From positions 80,042,001 through 80,106,000 of the forward strand of contig NC_042998.1 of the NCBI RefSeq assembly GCF_006345805.1: a DNA stretch of 64,000 nt. Reading direction: 5' to 3'. How positions within the stretch are numbered: position 1 is the first letter of the stretch; each line of letters starts with the position of its first letter. Under the pieces are notes generated by a model. That model did no database searches. It had not been told where the DNA came from and worked only from the letters and a program-made list of their open reading frames with translations. This stretch comes from Octopus sinensis (lineage: Eukaryota). A program made the position numbers and the translations under genes. Of this stretch, positions 37,508-50,575 are shown one piece after another.

Positions 37508-38198
37508 ATAGACTTCTGTCCTTCTATACATATGAAATAAGTACCAGTCGAAAGTACCAGGGTGAGCTATAATTGTTTATAACCTTACAGTGGTGCTCCA
37601 GCATAGTCAAAGTCCTATGACTGAATGAAACTAGTAAAAGACTAAAAGAATAGTCAAAATCTAAAGTGTTGCAATAGGAGAGATTAATAAGATTATTCAT
37701 TTGCAGTGAAGGGTGAAGAATTTAACATTGCTGCTCTTTGTTCTTCATCTGAAAGTGAAGAGAGAGAGAGGGGGAGAGAGAAAATGTCATTGCTATTTTT
37801 TTATTTTTGTTTGTAGTTTTATCTTTTAGTTAGAAGGGAAGGCAGTGCCCATGGCATTTTACAGGATCTCCAACACTGGTGGGGAGGGAGGGGAAGAAGG
37901 CATTCTCAAAGTGGAGATCATATAACAGAGCAGACTATGCTAAACATATCTAAGGTGCCCAGTGGTAGTGTTAAACTGTACAACAGGTTAAGTCTATCAC
38001 CCAACTAGACTATGGTGGGATTTGAACTCAGAACACAAAGAACATCAACAAATATCACAAGGCATCTAGTCCAACTTTCTTACAGTTCTGTAAACACACT
38101 ACCATGGATTGTTATCTTTTTATCAACCCTGAAAGGACGAAAGGCAAAATTACCCTCAGAAGAAGGGTATAGGTAGATACCTCAAGGAATTTTGCCCT

Positions 38199-38320
38199 GA
38201 AGAAGAAGAATAAGAATAAGAATAAGAATAAGAATAAGAAGAAGAAGAAGAAGAAGAACAAGAAGAACAAGAACAACAACAACAACAACAACAACAGCAA
38301 CAACAACAACAACAACAATA
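38199..38320. repeat. Compound (GAA)n/(GAATAA)n/(CAA)n microsatellite
   Basis: Read directly. Confidence 0.95.
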
Positions 38321-38898
38321 AATGCCCTGATGTAGTGCCAGGCAGTGGCGTTCATGGTTTCTGATCTTAAATGATTGAAAGTGTTATCATGTACATGTTT
38401 TTGTCTTGGTACAAAAGATGGGCTACAGCAAATATTCTGCTCAATATCACAGATTTGCTTGTCACTTGTTTGATCTTAACCATTTGAACATGTCTCTTGG
38501 CGGCTGACGATTTGTGTGTCTCTGATCATGAGCAGAAGTAGTAGGGAAACATCATAGCCATGTGTTGAGAGGAATTCTTTGGAGTTTGAATAACTCACCT
38601 CTGGAGACATGGGTGTTTCATTCAACATCCTTAACCCTTATTCAGGGACCATTTGAGTAGGATGGGCTACTTGACCTGAAGAAAATTCTAACTAGGCTCC
38701 ACTTGCAAGGTCATGCACTGTTTGTCTTGATATGAGGGTCACCATGTCATGCACATGTGACTTGTGATTCATGTGCTTGGTGTACCCTTGTCAGACGGGT
38801 AGTCATGATGGGTATACTGGACTTCATATGTTTTACCCCAGTGTCACTTTGATGGCATGCACTACTTTCTCACTCAATAATAATAATAATAATTAATT

Positions 38899-39289
38899 CT
38901 TTTTATTGCCCACAAGGGCTGACATACATGATTAGAAAACATAAAGGGACAAAACAGAATGAAAGGTTACAAAGGGTTTTGTCCGTTTGTGAAAAAATCG
39001 TGTAAAAACAGTGTAACAATCAAATAATATAATAACGAAAAACTCCCAATAGGGGGAGGTGTTACGAAAGGTTCCTGGTGGAAAACCCATAAAAGCCAAC
39101 GGGAGCCTGGTCAAAAGGGGGGTAGAGAGCCCCTTTCTCCTTTTATAATACCTTTTTCAATTACAGGTGAAACCTGAGAATTGGTCCATTTATACTGGCC
39201 ATTCTTGCACAATTCACCCACCTTTCAGAAAACTTGCTATCAGACAGCACTCTCCTCTCTAACCTCATCTTCCTTTTCAAGTGAAACTT
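38899..39289 (-). mobile_element. 5'-truncated L1/Tx1-like LINE 3' end (ORF2 C-terminus plus 3' UTR)
   Basis: Minus strand gives KFHLKRKMRLERRVLSDSKFSERWVNCARMASINGPILRFHL*, then a T-rich UTR ending gcccttgtgggcAATAAAaag and (TTA)n. Confidence 0.65.
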
Positions 39290-39293
39290 ATAA

Positions 39294-39693
39294 TCCTTTC
39301 TACTATAGGCACAAGGTCTGAAATTTTGAGGGAGGGTACTGGTTGATTACAGTGATCTCAATGCTCAGCTAGTACTTATTTTTATGGACCCTGAAAGGAT
39401 GAAAGGCAAAGTTGACCTCAGAATGTAAAGACAGATGAAATGCCACTACACATTTTCCAGGCATGCTAATGATTCTGCCAGCTCCTTTTTTTAACAATAG
39501 GCATAAAGCCTAAAACTTTTGGGGAAGGGGACTAGTTGATTACATTGACTCCAGTATGCAACTGTTACTTATTTCATAGCTCCTGAAAGGATGAAAGGTA
39601 AAAATCAACCTTGGTGGAATTTGAACTCAGATCATAAAGACAGACAAAATGCCACTAAGCATTTTGTCTGGCATACTAAGGACTGCGCCAGCT
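39294..39693 (-). mobile_element. Two head-to-tail SINE-B copies
   Basis: Units at about 39294-39485 and 39497-39693. Confidence 0.85.
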
Positions 39694-40475
39694 CAATAAT
39701 AATAATGATGATGATCTCTTTTATTCACCACATTGGCACAAGACATGGGAGGGGGACAATATCAAAGGATGAGATACAACACACAAAGCAGGTGGGATTT
39801 ACAATGATCAAAGGTGGGTAGTTCAGCATTAAAAGATATAATAAAGGATATATAAATAGAAATTAGAGAAATAAATAATAAATGGATAAATAAATAGAAA
39901 CCCCAATAGTGGGACCCGGCCACTTAGGATAATTTGAGGTGAACCCCATGCAAAAGTCTTTGGATTATTCTACCATCCCCAGCCCTTATATCTTTACTTT
40001 GGAACAGGCTGTTTACTTATCTCAAGAGCAATAATGTTTGACTAGAGAAACAGAGAGGATACTGAAAAGAAATATATAACCATAAAGAATGGCTACTGAA
40101 TTTGCTATTTTTAAGGCAGCCAATGAAAAAAAAAAAAATTTAAGCATGGCTTGGTTTGATTACTGTAAGGCTTTTGATAGTATTTCACACTCCTCAATGC
40201 TGATGACACTCTGTCTACATAAATAAAGGAGCCCCGGGACTAATGAAGTACATCAGCCATGCCATGTCGAGATAGTAAATAATAATATCACTTCAAAGCA
40301 AAAAGAAGATAATTAAAACCAGCCCTATATTTAGAGGAAGAAGAATCTTCCCAGGGGACTCATTATCTCCCCTTCCCACCTACTTTTTGCCTAGCCCTGC
40401 CTCCATTGACAAAAAAAAAAGACCTATTGAACAACACTACCATTGGTTACAGATGCTATGGGTAAACTATAAACC

Positions 40476-40589
40476 TTTTAATAGCTTGGACAGTTTCATG
40501 TGTGTTCTTGAAGTGTACATGTAGAAGAGCCTCTAGCCTTGACAGACTTGCTAAGGTTCTCGGGTTCACACGAGTAACAAGTCATCTTT
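40476..40589 (-). pseudogene. RPL17: Retrocopy fragment of 60S ribosomal protein L17 (uL22) mRNA, 5' end only
   Basis: ATG at 40585 gives MTCYSCEPENLSKSVKARGS[2-nt deletion]LHVHFKNTHETVQAIK, against metazoan [37 protein letters not shown]. Flanked by the 11-bp direct repeat aactataaacc (40465-40475, 40590-40600). Confidence 0.92.
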
Positions 40590-40758
40590 AACTATAAACC
40601 ACTTCCTCGACATGCATGACTTGAAATTATTTCCAAGGAAAAACTACAAGAAAACTGCTTATAAATTCTGCCAAGATATAAAAATGAGTATGGGATGAGA
40701 CAAATGTACCAAAGTTACTATATGAAGAAGCGAAATAAATTAAAACTGAGAATATTAA

Positions 40759-40967
40759 TCCTTTAGCATTCAAATTATTCAGTCATTTGTAATATTTATT
40801 TAATTAGATTGTGTTGAATTAATCATGCATTATCTCATGCCTTGAAGATTTCAATGACATAATTGCTCATTTTTAGAATAACATTGTATGGTAAGTGTGA
40901 TAAGCTGAATCTAGTCAGTTTGAACATAAACCAGTTAGAAAATTTGGGCTAGATATGGTCACTTTAA
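40759..40967. mobile_element. piggyBac-like MITE, copy 3, right end damaged, inside the R4/Dong LINE
   Basis: TTAA-tcctttagcattcaaatta...gaattaatcatgcattatct...gggctagatatgg, colinear with copies 1 and 2. Confidence 0.8.
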
Positions 40968-41259
40968 AGGCACTGAATTCACAGAATTACACCAGTATGA
41001 AGAAGTAGAGGAAGTTGATAAAATACAATATTCAGAAATTGAGAAAATCTGGAAATATTAAGGGCATGCATAGCTGTGTGGTTGAGAAGTTTGTATCACA
41101 ACCACATGGTCTCAAGTTCAGTCCCACTGTGCAGCATATTGGGCAAGGGTAAAACTCTGGTACAGTTATTGCAAGATATTTTTGCCTGCAGCTCTAATGA
41201 TTTTATCAACCCCAGAGAAGTGCCGAAAATTGTATGCGTACAGAATGTAAATAGTCAGA

Positions 41260-41452
41260 AAAATTCTAGGGGAAGGGGACTAGTTGATAACATCAACTCC
41301 AATACTCAAATAATATTTATTTTATCATTCCCCAAAAAGGAGGAAAGGCAAAGTCAATCTCTGAGGAATTTGAAATCAGAGTGTAAAGCCAAATGAAATG
41401 TTGTGAAACATTTTGTCTGACAAGCTAACAATTCTGTCAGCTTGCCATCTTA
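41260..41452 (-). mobile_element. SINE family B
   Basis: gaaaggcaaagtcaa...gaatttgaaatcaga...attctgtcagcttgcca. Confidence 0.75.
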
Positions 41453-41924
41453 ATAATAATAACAACAACAGCAACAATAAGTAAATACTAACCTGAGAAA
41501 TATTAACCACACACTGTTGTTGTATATCATCCCTTTATCTTATTCCTCATACTGCCATACTCAATTTTACATCCTAGTTCCCATACTGATCAATTGTTTA
41601 GTTCCTCTTATTGTATATGTATTTAATTGTCGCTGTGCCCAATAGCAGAGTTCTATTGATAAACATCTTTTAGTTCTAATCATATAGACAATTCCCAGAT
41701 ATTGTAAAGGTTTCCTAATTAATACTAATTACCTTCAGAAAAACTACTCTTTGAGTGCTTCTCAAAGGAACAGACTGTAGGATGTAATGATTAAGGGATT
41801 CTTAAGTAGATAATATAGGACTCTTAATTAGTCAACAGACCTTAGAGTAAATACTGTGAGAAAAATAAAAGGCAGTAAATATAATGTGAAACCTTAAAAT
41901 GCCTTGAGAATATTGTAATAAATA

Positions 41925-42205
41925 TAGGTGCAGGCATGGCTGTGTGCTTAAGGAGCTCACATTGCAGTCAATGTAGTTTTGGGTTCAGTTCCACTATGCA
42001 GTACCTTGGGCAAGTACCTTCTGTTATAACCCTGGGCCAAACAATGGCTTGTGAGTAAATTTGGTAGATAAAAAACTGTGTGTATGTGTGTGTCTTATAT
42101 CACTCCTGGATAACTGGTGCTGGTTTGTTTACACCCCTGTCATTAAGTAATTTGGTACAAGATATTGACAGAGCAAGTACTAGACTTAATAAATAAGTAC
42201 TGGGA
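41925..42205 (+). mobile_element. SINE family A
   Basis: gcaggcatggctgtgtg...gggttcagttccactatgcagtaccttgggcaag. Confidence 0.85.
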
Positions 42206-43499
42206 GGCAGCACAATACAACACATAATGCATATATCACATGAACAACATATCCATAAAACCATTAGTTTCATAGTGTAAAAGTCCTATTATTTATTTAA
42301 TGAATCAACCTGTGCTATGTAAATCTCAATTAAACCAGACCACAAATAATTTGGGCTCAACATCAAGAAAGAATCGCCATAAGATGGAAGAATGAATCTT
42401 ATTTAAAAGAAATACAGTTTTTCTGTCCTATTTACATTCAAGCTTCAACAGGTTTCAAGCATAATTTAAAAGTATAAAATTGAATATCTTCTGCAACACA
42501 ACCAACCATTACACCATTACTACTGCTGTGACTAGCATCAAATTATTATCTCCTTTTCTGCACTGGCACAAGTCAGCTGGGTCTGCATTGCAGTGTCAAT
42601 ATCTCACAAATCATCTGCTATAAGAAGAATGGTCATGTAATTTCCTTTATAAGATTTGAAAGAACTAAAATCATGGTGGAACAAATTAAGAGTTTCCTAC
42701 CTGTTTTCTGTTGTTTTATATCATTGCTTGTCTTTTTTTTTTTCCTTTTTAATCAATAAACCCTTTGAATGAACTTTGGATAGTATGGAGTCAACATGTC
42801 TGACAATATGAACATTTAGCATTTTAAAATGGCTGCTACTGGCTTCATTCCAGGCAATACAAGGACAGTTTGGAAGGAATATTGAAAAAAGAAAAACTAC
42901 TTCCAAAGAACAAGTTCAGTTTTCATTGAAACAGTTCAAACATTTAAACTTTTTGCTGACTTGTTTGGTACAAAGTAGAAGTTTAGAGTAAATTATACAA
43001 ACATTCCAGTGGAGAAATTTCATCCATGTCAGTTTATAAAAAATAAAACTAATATATATCTTTAGCATAGGAATAAAGAATATGATATTCGTATTGAAAT
43101 ATTGAAGTGCTGGAATTGGAGATTAAGTTCAATGCCAACTGCCATCTAGTATTTTTTATTAACAATGTTACAATTTACAAGATGGAAAAAGCCTGAAAAT
43201 AATTCAACTAATACAAAGATATGTGCCTTGAGACTAACTTAACAAATAGATGTAATATAAAACCAATAGAAGGTTTACAGTAATGGGGTTCATAGCAGGC
43301 ACTCTCCATGAGGTCTACAGTTTACCCTGCTACATTAATAATAGAGATGGTAGAAATTAAATGTACTTAGTTTTCTTCCTTTTGGGTACAAGTTCAAATC
43401 TCATCTGGGGTTACTCTTGCTTTTGCCTCTACATTATTGATATAATAAATATACAAATATTCTAATTAATGCCTTTTTGTTTCACACTGTTATAGCATT

Positions 43500-43716
43500 A
43501 CTCTTACTCTCTTTTACTCTTTCACTTGTTTCAGTCATTTAACTGTGGCCATGCTGGAGCACTGCCTTTAGTCGAGCAAATCAACCCCAGGTCTTATTCT
43601 TTGTAAGCCTGGTACTTATTCTATCGGTCTCTTTTGCTAAACTGCTAAGTTACAGGGATGTAAACACACCACCATCTGTTATCAAGTGATGGTGGGGGAC
43701 AAATACAGACACACAA

Positions 43717-43760
<44 letters not shown>

Positions 43761-43912
43761 GATGGATTTCCTTCATTTTCCATCTACCAAATCTACTCAC
43801 AAGGCTTTGGTCGATCCAAGGCTATAGTAGAAGACACTTGCCCAAGGTGCCATGCAGTGGGAATGAACCCGGAACCATGTGGTTGGTAAGCAGGCTACTT
43901 ACCACACCTGCA
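43500..43912 (-). mobile_element. SINE family A, full length
   Basis: Reverse complement of 37093-37507 along its length. Confidence 0.92.
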
Positions 43913-44211
43913 CATTAGAGCATTTTGTTTATGGTTTGGTCAAAAAGAAAGGATATAGTCTATGGAATTTTTCAGACCCTCTGAGACTTGTGGAGGAAAG
44001 AAAACAAAACACCATAACATATTGATTATTCTAGGGCCAGAAACAAATTAGGTCTTGTGCAGTTTCAGTCTACTTAATTCATTTGTAAGGCTTGAATGAA
44101 CCTGAAGTTATGGTAGAACACATTTGTTCAAAGTATCACAGAATGAGATTGAAAGTAGAACCATAGAACTGTAAAGCAAATTTCTCAACTTCACACATAT
44201 GGCAAAAAGAT

Positions 44212-44466
44212 AAGGTAAAGTTACCTTCTTGAATCATGCTGACTCACAAGGGCTGGTTTTCCAGTTTCATAGTGTCTATATTCCGTACCTGGATGGGATG
44301 CTGGTCTGCTGCAGGATTACTCATTTTTACCAGCTGAGTGGACTGGAGCAATGTGAAATAAAGTGTTTTGCTCAAGAACACAACACACTGCCTGGTCCAG
44401 GAATCGAAACCACAATCTTATGATCATGAGTCCAATACTCTAACCACTAAGCCATGTACCTCCACA
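44212..44466 (-). mobile_element. SINE related to family D (shared head, different 3' part)
   Basis: cagctgagtggactggagcaatgtgaaataaagtgttttgctcaagaacacaac...ggaatcgaaacc...ctctaaccactaagcca. The B-box ggtttcgattcc is on the minus strand. Confidence 0.8.
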
Positions 44467-45724
44467 TTGCTACTAACATTTAGTTACAGTATGTTGCAGA
44501 GCAAACTTGTCTTCAATATGAATAACAAAGAGTCTTGATTTTCACTATTTGTTCCCCAAAAGACTACATTCTCCTGCTTGTTATCTCACTCGATGGAAAA
44601 TACATCTGAATTGATGGCTGCACATGTCCAGTTTGGGTTGCCTTGCTAGGAAGCCATGTTAAAAGCAATTATAAATCAAAACCAATTCTGGTATATCTCA
44701 GTGAATTAAATGTATAAATCGAATCAAACAGTGATTTAGAAATCAAACAAGCAAACTTGAGTGATCTTGGATATTTTTCCAAAATTGGTGTGCTTCAAAT
44801 GTTATGTGAGAAATGCATCATTGAACCAAAATGATCATGTTGTTTGATAATATTATAGACTACTCTGATAATCAAGGCACAATTTGAATCAATAAAGTTT
44901 GTTTACTAACAGCCCAACATTACTTCATTAATATCATTAACTATTAGATCAAGAAATAATATTGAATTTAAAGACCTGTTGCCTCCTCTATATATGAGAA
45001 ATTTGTAAAGAAAACATTAAGATAATCCACCAGACTATTCAGAAAGACCAGAATATCGATGAAGCAGAGTTACATGGCAAAAACAAAATAGTGGAAAAAT
45101 CAATGGCCATAAATACAGTAATTTGAAAAAGAATTGGACATCGTAAACATTGTCAAACTGTTCAATTAAGCAAAGTTGTAATGGTGTAAATATGCAGCTG
45201 AGGAAAAACTTCTTTCCTCTGAAAGAGTTTTCAAGGATTAGTACAGCAATTTATATGCAATGGATTTACAACAATGGTTCTCAACTGTGGGTTTCAGGGC
45301 CTCATGCAACCCTCAAACAGCCTTCCAGTGGCCCTCGACAGTCTTCCCTCTTTAAATATAAAATTTTCTTTAATTAACTTGTGTCTTACTTTTTTTGGTG
45401 CAGTCCCCTAAATAAAATGCAGGTTTGGGATCTGGCCTGGGTATTAAAAACATGAAATTTTGATGGAAGGTTTTATTTATTTTTATTCAAATGACTTTAA
45501 AATAAGAAGTCTGTTACATAGACACAAGAGTAGTTTTGCATGGGTTTGTTATCCAAAAGTGTTAAGGTAAAGATGAAATGCTATAATGTCTTCAAGAACT
45601 GCTTCACAAGAGAAAACTCAAGAAAAGAAAAATAGCTCCAACACTCACATTAACATCTCACTAAGGTCCGTAAAACTCTACATTGGTAGCCTATCTTCAC
45701 AATGTAAATGAATATAAAAATAAT

Positions 45725-45925
45725 GGTTTCTGATATAGGCACAAGGCCAGAAATTTTGAAGGAGGGGAGTTAGTTAATTCCAATACTTGATTGGTATTTT
45801 ATTGTATCAACCCTGAAAGGATGAAAGGCAAAGTTGACCTAAGTACTGTTTGAACACAGTATGTAATGTTATGGAGTAAATGAAGCAAGGCATTTTCTAA
45901 CAGCAATGATTCTGCCAGCTTGCTG
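45725..45925 (-). mobile_element. SINE family B
   Basis: taggcacaaggcc...ccctgaaaggatgaaaggcaaagttgacc...gattctgccagc. Confidence 0.8.
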
Positions 45926-46056
45926 CTGTGAAAATAATGAAATATTTAAAGGGAAAAATATAGAGAGCATCATTGACAACAATACCTTTCATTACTCCAG
46001 GCTTGATATTGTAAAGTACCAGTCAAGTACAAGGAGTACAGTATAGTATAGTATCA

Positions 46057-46550
46057 GGCTGTGTGTTGTATTCCTGAGCAAGACACTTTATTTCATGCTG
46101 CTCCAGTTAACTCAGCTGTAGAAATGAGTTGTGACGTCACTGGTGCCAAGCTGTATCAGCCTTCACCTTTCCCTTGGATAAAATCGATGGCATGGAGAGA
46201 CGAAGCTGGTATGCATGGCAGAAACGTTAGCACGATGGGCAAAACGCTCAGCGGTATTTCGTCTGCCGTTACGTTCTGAGTTCAAATTCCGCCAAGGTCG
46301 ACTTTGCCTTTCATCCCTTTGGGGTCGATAAATTAAGTACCAGTTACGCACTTGGTCGATGTAATCGACAATCCGTTTGTCGTCCTTGTCTGTCCTCTCT
46401 ATATTTAGCCCCTTGTGGGTAATAAAGAAACAGGTATGCATGGGTTACTACTGCTCTTCAATAAACAATCTTGCCTGGATTTTTGTCTTGGAGGGGAACT
46501 TTCTAGGTGCAATACCATGGTCATTCATGACCGAAGGAAGTCGTTACCCT
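46057..46550 (+). mobile_element. SINE-D interrupted by a young SINE-B (46219-46432)
   Basis: The SINE-D halves are colinear with 60592-60925. The direct repeat ggtatgcatgg at 46208-46218 and 46433-46443 flanks the SINE-B. Confidence 0.88.
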
Positions 46551-46888
46551 TTATATATACTATCTCATCTCTCAAATTGCTGGCTTTGTGCCTAAATTAG
46601 AAACACTGTTAGAGAAAGATAATAATGTCGATCACTTTGCAATGAAACCTTGTTTGTATTATTAACTTGTATAGCACAAGGTATATAAGCCACCTAGCTA
46701 AGCCACTGATGCTTGTGGACATATCAAACTATGTATGAACATATCAAAATGACATGTATGGACAAAATTCTGTAGTTCCTCTTGTCCATTAAAGAACCTA
46801 ATGCATAAAACTACATGCAGACAGAGAATCCTGTAAGTGCAAATGCACCCACATGCAAGCATGCATGCATACATACATGCACACAGGA

Positions 46889-46931
<43 letters not shown>

Positions 46932-47539
46932 TGTGTGTGTGTGTGTTGTGCATGTAAGAAACACAAATGTGCCTGAATTTTGATGTATATGTACATGATC
47001 CATCACATGAGATAGTTAAATAAACAGGATGGAAACTTTTCAAAGGAGGATATCTAATTAAAAATAAATAAAAATCAAATAAGGATAAACATAAGTATAC
47101 GAGATTGCGTTATGTAAAGTGTCAAAAGTTGACTAAAAGGATTCTGTGATGTAACTAGTTAGGTTGCATGTTGAAGTTGGTTGGCATATTTACTATACCA
47201 GCACTAAAATGACAGTCTGGAATGAAGCCACATAGAACCTTCAGATTTCATAACATGCTGTGACAGATGTGTGTAGTTGGATGTAGTCTATTATGATTAC
47301 TGTTTCTTATCAGTAACCAAAATGGATTTCTTGTCTTAACTTCTGATGTTGTAGTCAACCATGAGGTTACCCCTAACTGTGCAGGCCCATGATTAAAGGT
47401 ATTCCAGTCATGACCAAACTTTCTTTTTTGGCAAATGTGTCTTTCTTCTATGATAAGGTACAATTTGAGGGAATTTGGCTGTTATTTCTAGCATGTTAAG
47501 CGATTGTGTAAAGCAGTTGTGGGCAACCTGGAATTTGTA

Positions 47540-47584
<45 letters not shown>

Positions 47585-47821
47585 TTTTAAAGGCTGAGCT
47601 CAAAGTAGATAAAGCTATAAATAATAACATTTAAACATGGAGTAAAACACTGGATGGAAAAAGTCAATCTGCCCTAGGGATTTTTCATCAGCCTTTAATT
47701 TTTTCCATCCAAAGGGCTTTTTAGCCTAATATTTAATTGATATCTAGCTTTATCTGCTTCAAATTCTCCCATCAAAAATGATTTATTTCACATGTCTTAA
47801 AGTTTCTATATTCTTATGAAG

Positions 47822-47918
47822 TATCATCATCATCATCATCATCATTTAACGTCCGCTTTCCATGCTAGCATGGGTTGGACGGTTCAACTGGAGTCTGGGG
47901 AGCCCGAAGGCTGCACCA
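47822..47918 (-). mobile_element. SINE family C, 3' end
   Basis: (CAT)n-ttaacgtccgctttccatgctagcatgggttggacggttcaac. Confidence 0.85.
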
Positions 47919-49120
47919 CACAATATACACATCCATATATACACATATTTAATCAGAAGGTTGACTAGGATCCATGATTTATCAGAACCTCCAAGACTGG
48001 TAGCAAGAAGAAAGAAAGTTATCTTCAGTCCATCCAGAGAACTTGCCAAAGTCTCCAAATGCTTGCAACAGTATAGACTCTGCTAAAGGTACTCAAGAGC
48101 TAGGTGGTGGTGTTAAACCAGGCCATGAATTAAGTCTATCCCACCAAGACATAGATGTAGCTAGTTTAAGTCTACCACTCTGGTGTACCTGGTTGAGGTA
48201 GCAAGCTAATGTTGGTTATCATAGTTGTAAAGTATAAGTCTAAATAAAGCAACACAGGATCTTCATATTTGCAAATATGCTGTGATATAGTAGAAAGAAA
48301 TATGAAACTCAATGAAAATTATTCAAACCTCATATGATAATGACTCAGAATATACCAGTGGATTGGTAGAACAAATAAAATCAACCAAGCTCCAAGTCAT
48401 TTCATTCATTCACATATACATATAACAATTCAGACATACAAATATATATTACCCACTTTATCTTTCCAATCACATCAAAGAACATGAAACATCAGGTGAC
48501 ATAAGTATAGTCTTTGAAATTTCATTCTTACAAGGTATCAGATTCTAGAAATTTAAAGGGGAGTGGAGGAAGACAAGAAATTTCTGAGATGCTTATTTTT
48601 TTCCCCAAGGGCATTAGCAACATGAATGAAGTGAAATAACATCAATGTGAAATCAAGGCTAAGTGAACAACAACAACAATAATCTGGGCAAGATATTGAT
48701 GTTTGTCAAAGAAGCAGCTGTAGAAGAAATAGCAGTGATGTTATTTCTAAATCCATGATAATATCCACTACATATACTTCATATATAAACAATTGTAGAC
48801 GCAGCATTTTGGATGTATGTTAACATTGATATAGTGAAATAAATGTATTTTCATAGCTTTAGTAGCAATTTTGATAATATGTAATTGAGATATTTTAAAC
48901 ATCTCTCTGTTACCAGACAGTGTATTTCTGTGTAGTACTCAATTGCATTAGTAGCACTCAATTGCTACCACAGATCCCTAACACACTTAAACAGTTATAG
49001 TTGTCATTACCATTATTTATACCTTGCATGAGTAGAGTACTCATATACCAGTCCCTTTTATTTCATCTAGCTGATGATGATGATAATAATAATAATAATG
49101 ATGATGATAATAATAATAAT

Positions 49121-49755
49121 CCTTTCTATTATAGGTACAAAAAGTGAAAATTTTTAGAGTAGGGGTCAAATTGATACATCAACCCTAATGCTCAACATCT
49201 TTCATCAACCTCAAAAGGATGAAAGGCAAAATCAACCTAGTGAAATTTGAACTCGGAATACTGAGACAGACAAAATTCCACTAAGCATTTTGCTCAACAT
49301 GTTGATGATTCTGCCAGCTCAATGCCATAATATTAATAATGGTTTCAAATTTTGGGACAAGGCCAGCAATTTCAGAGGCTCATATCGACCTCAGTGATCA
49401 ACAGGTACTTATTTCATCAGCCCCGAAATGACTGAAAGCAAAGTTGACCTTGGCGGAGTTTGAACTCAGGACGTAAAGATGGACAGAATGCATCTAGATA
49501 TTTTGCCCAGCATGTTCATGATTCTATCAGGTCACCACCTTAATAATAATACTGATTGCCTCATATTTAGAAGTAGGGAACAGTCAACTGTATTGATCTC
49601 CCAGTTTTTAACTAGTTTTTGTATTTTATCAACCCCAAAAAGATCTTTTGGCAAAGTTGGCCTCAGTGGGATTTGAACCCAGAGTATAAAGCTCTATAAC
49701 TAAATAGTGCAAGGCATTTAGTATGATTCTCCAACAATTCTGCCAATCCACTACC
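49121..49755 (-). mobile_element. Three head-to-tail SINE-B copies
   Basis: Units at about 49121-49326, 49342-49542 and 49565-49755, with TAA-rich spacers. Confidence 0.85.
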
Positions 49756-50224
49756 CTATTTAACAACAGCAACAACAGCAATAATATTAATACACATAAT
49801 CTGTTTCTGGGTTTGCCCTCACCCCATATTATTCACTTCTGATGAAGAAAAAAAAAAAGCCAAAAATGGTTGATACTCAAGCAAGATATAATTTGCTTTA
49901 AATGGCTTAACAGATTTTTAGTCTGGTAGTGCTACATTCTGAATTTAATTACATTCAGCTTTTAATCTCTCTGGGGCCAATGAAACAAATAATCAGAATT
50001 GCAAAAATTACCCTTGTGCTAAATCAAAAGTAATCAATATTTAAATGATCGTATTTAATTAATATATTCCATCTGGAGTGTAAGATGGAATGTTCACTGT
50101 TCACAGAGGTCAGGCATTGGATTGGCAGAACCAATGGAGTATTGGACTTAATGTTTAGCAGTATTTTGTTACACCCTTTTACATCCAGACTTCAAAGCAC
50201 ACTATCTTTTATCATTTATCATAC

Positions 50225-50575
50225 ATCTGTTCCAGTCATTAGATTGTGGCCATGCTGGGACACTGCCATGAAGAACTTTTAGTTAAATGAATTGACTTCA
50301 GTACTTTTTTTCCTTTTTTTAAAGCCTGGTACTTATTCTTATTTCATTGAACTCATTTTGCCAAACCACTAAGATATGGGGACATAAACAAACCAACACC
50401 AGTTGTCAAGAAGTGGTGGGGGACAAGCACAAACACACACACATACAACAGGCTTTCAGTTTCCACAGACCAAATCCACTCATAAGGCTCTGGTTGGCTT
50501 GAGGCTATAGTAGAAGACACTTGCCCAAGGTGCCACACTGTGGGACTGAACCCAGAACTATGTGGTTGGGAAGGG
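50225..50575 (-). mobile_element. SINE family A
   Basis: gtggccatgctggg...gaggctatagtagaagacacttgcccaaggtgcc...gtgggactgaaccc. Confidence 0.88.

Larger units (their letters stand above)
39990..41060 (+). mobile_element. Decayed R4/Dong-type (RLE) non-LTR retrotransposon RT fragment
   Basis: NLSMAWFDYCKAFDSISHS, RRIFPGDSLSPL/LFCLAL, TINHFLDMHDLKLF (YMDD box) and FCQDIKMSMG*DKC. Confidence 0.85.

Noticed and set aside
49825-49880. CTGATGA motif as a possible hammerhead
   Set aside because: No GAAA with paired stems in the right arrangement; followed by a poly-A run.
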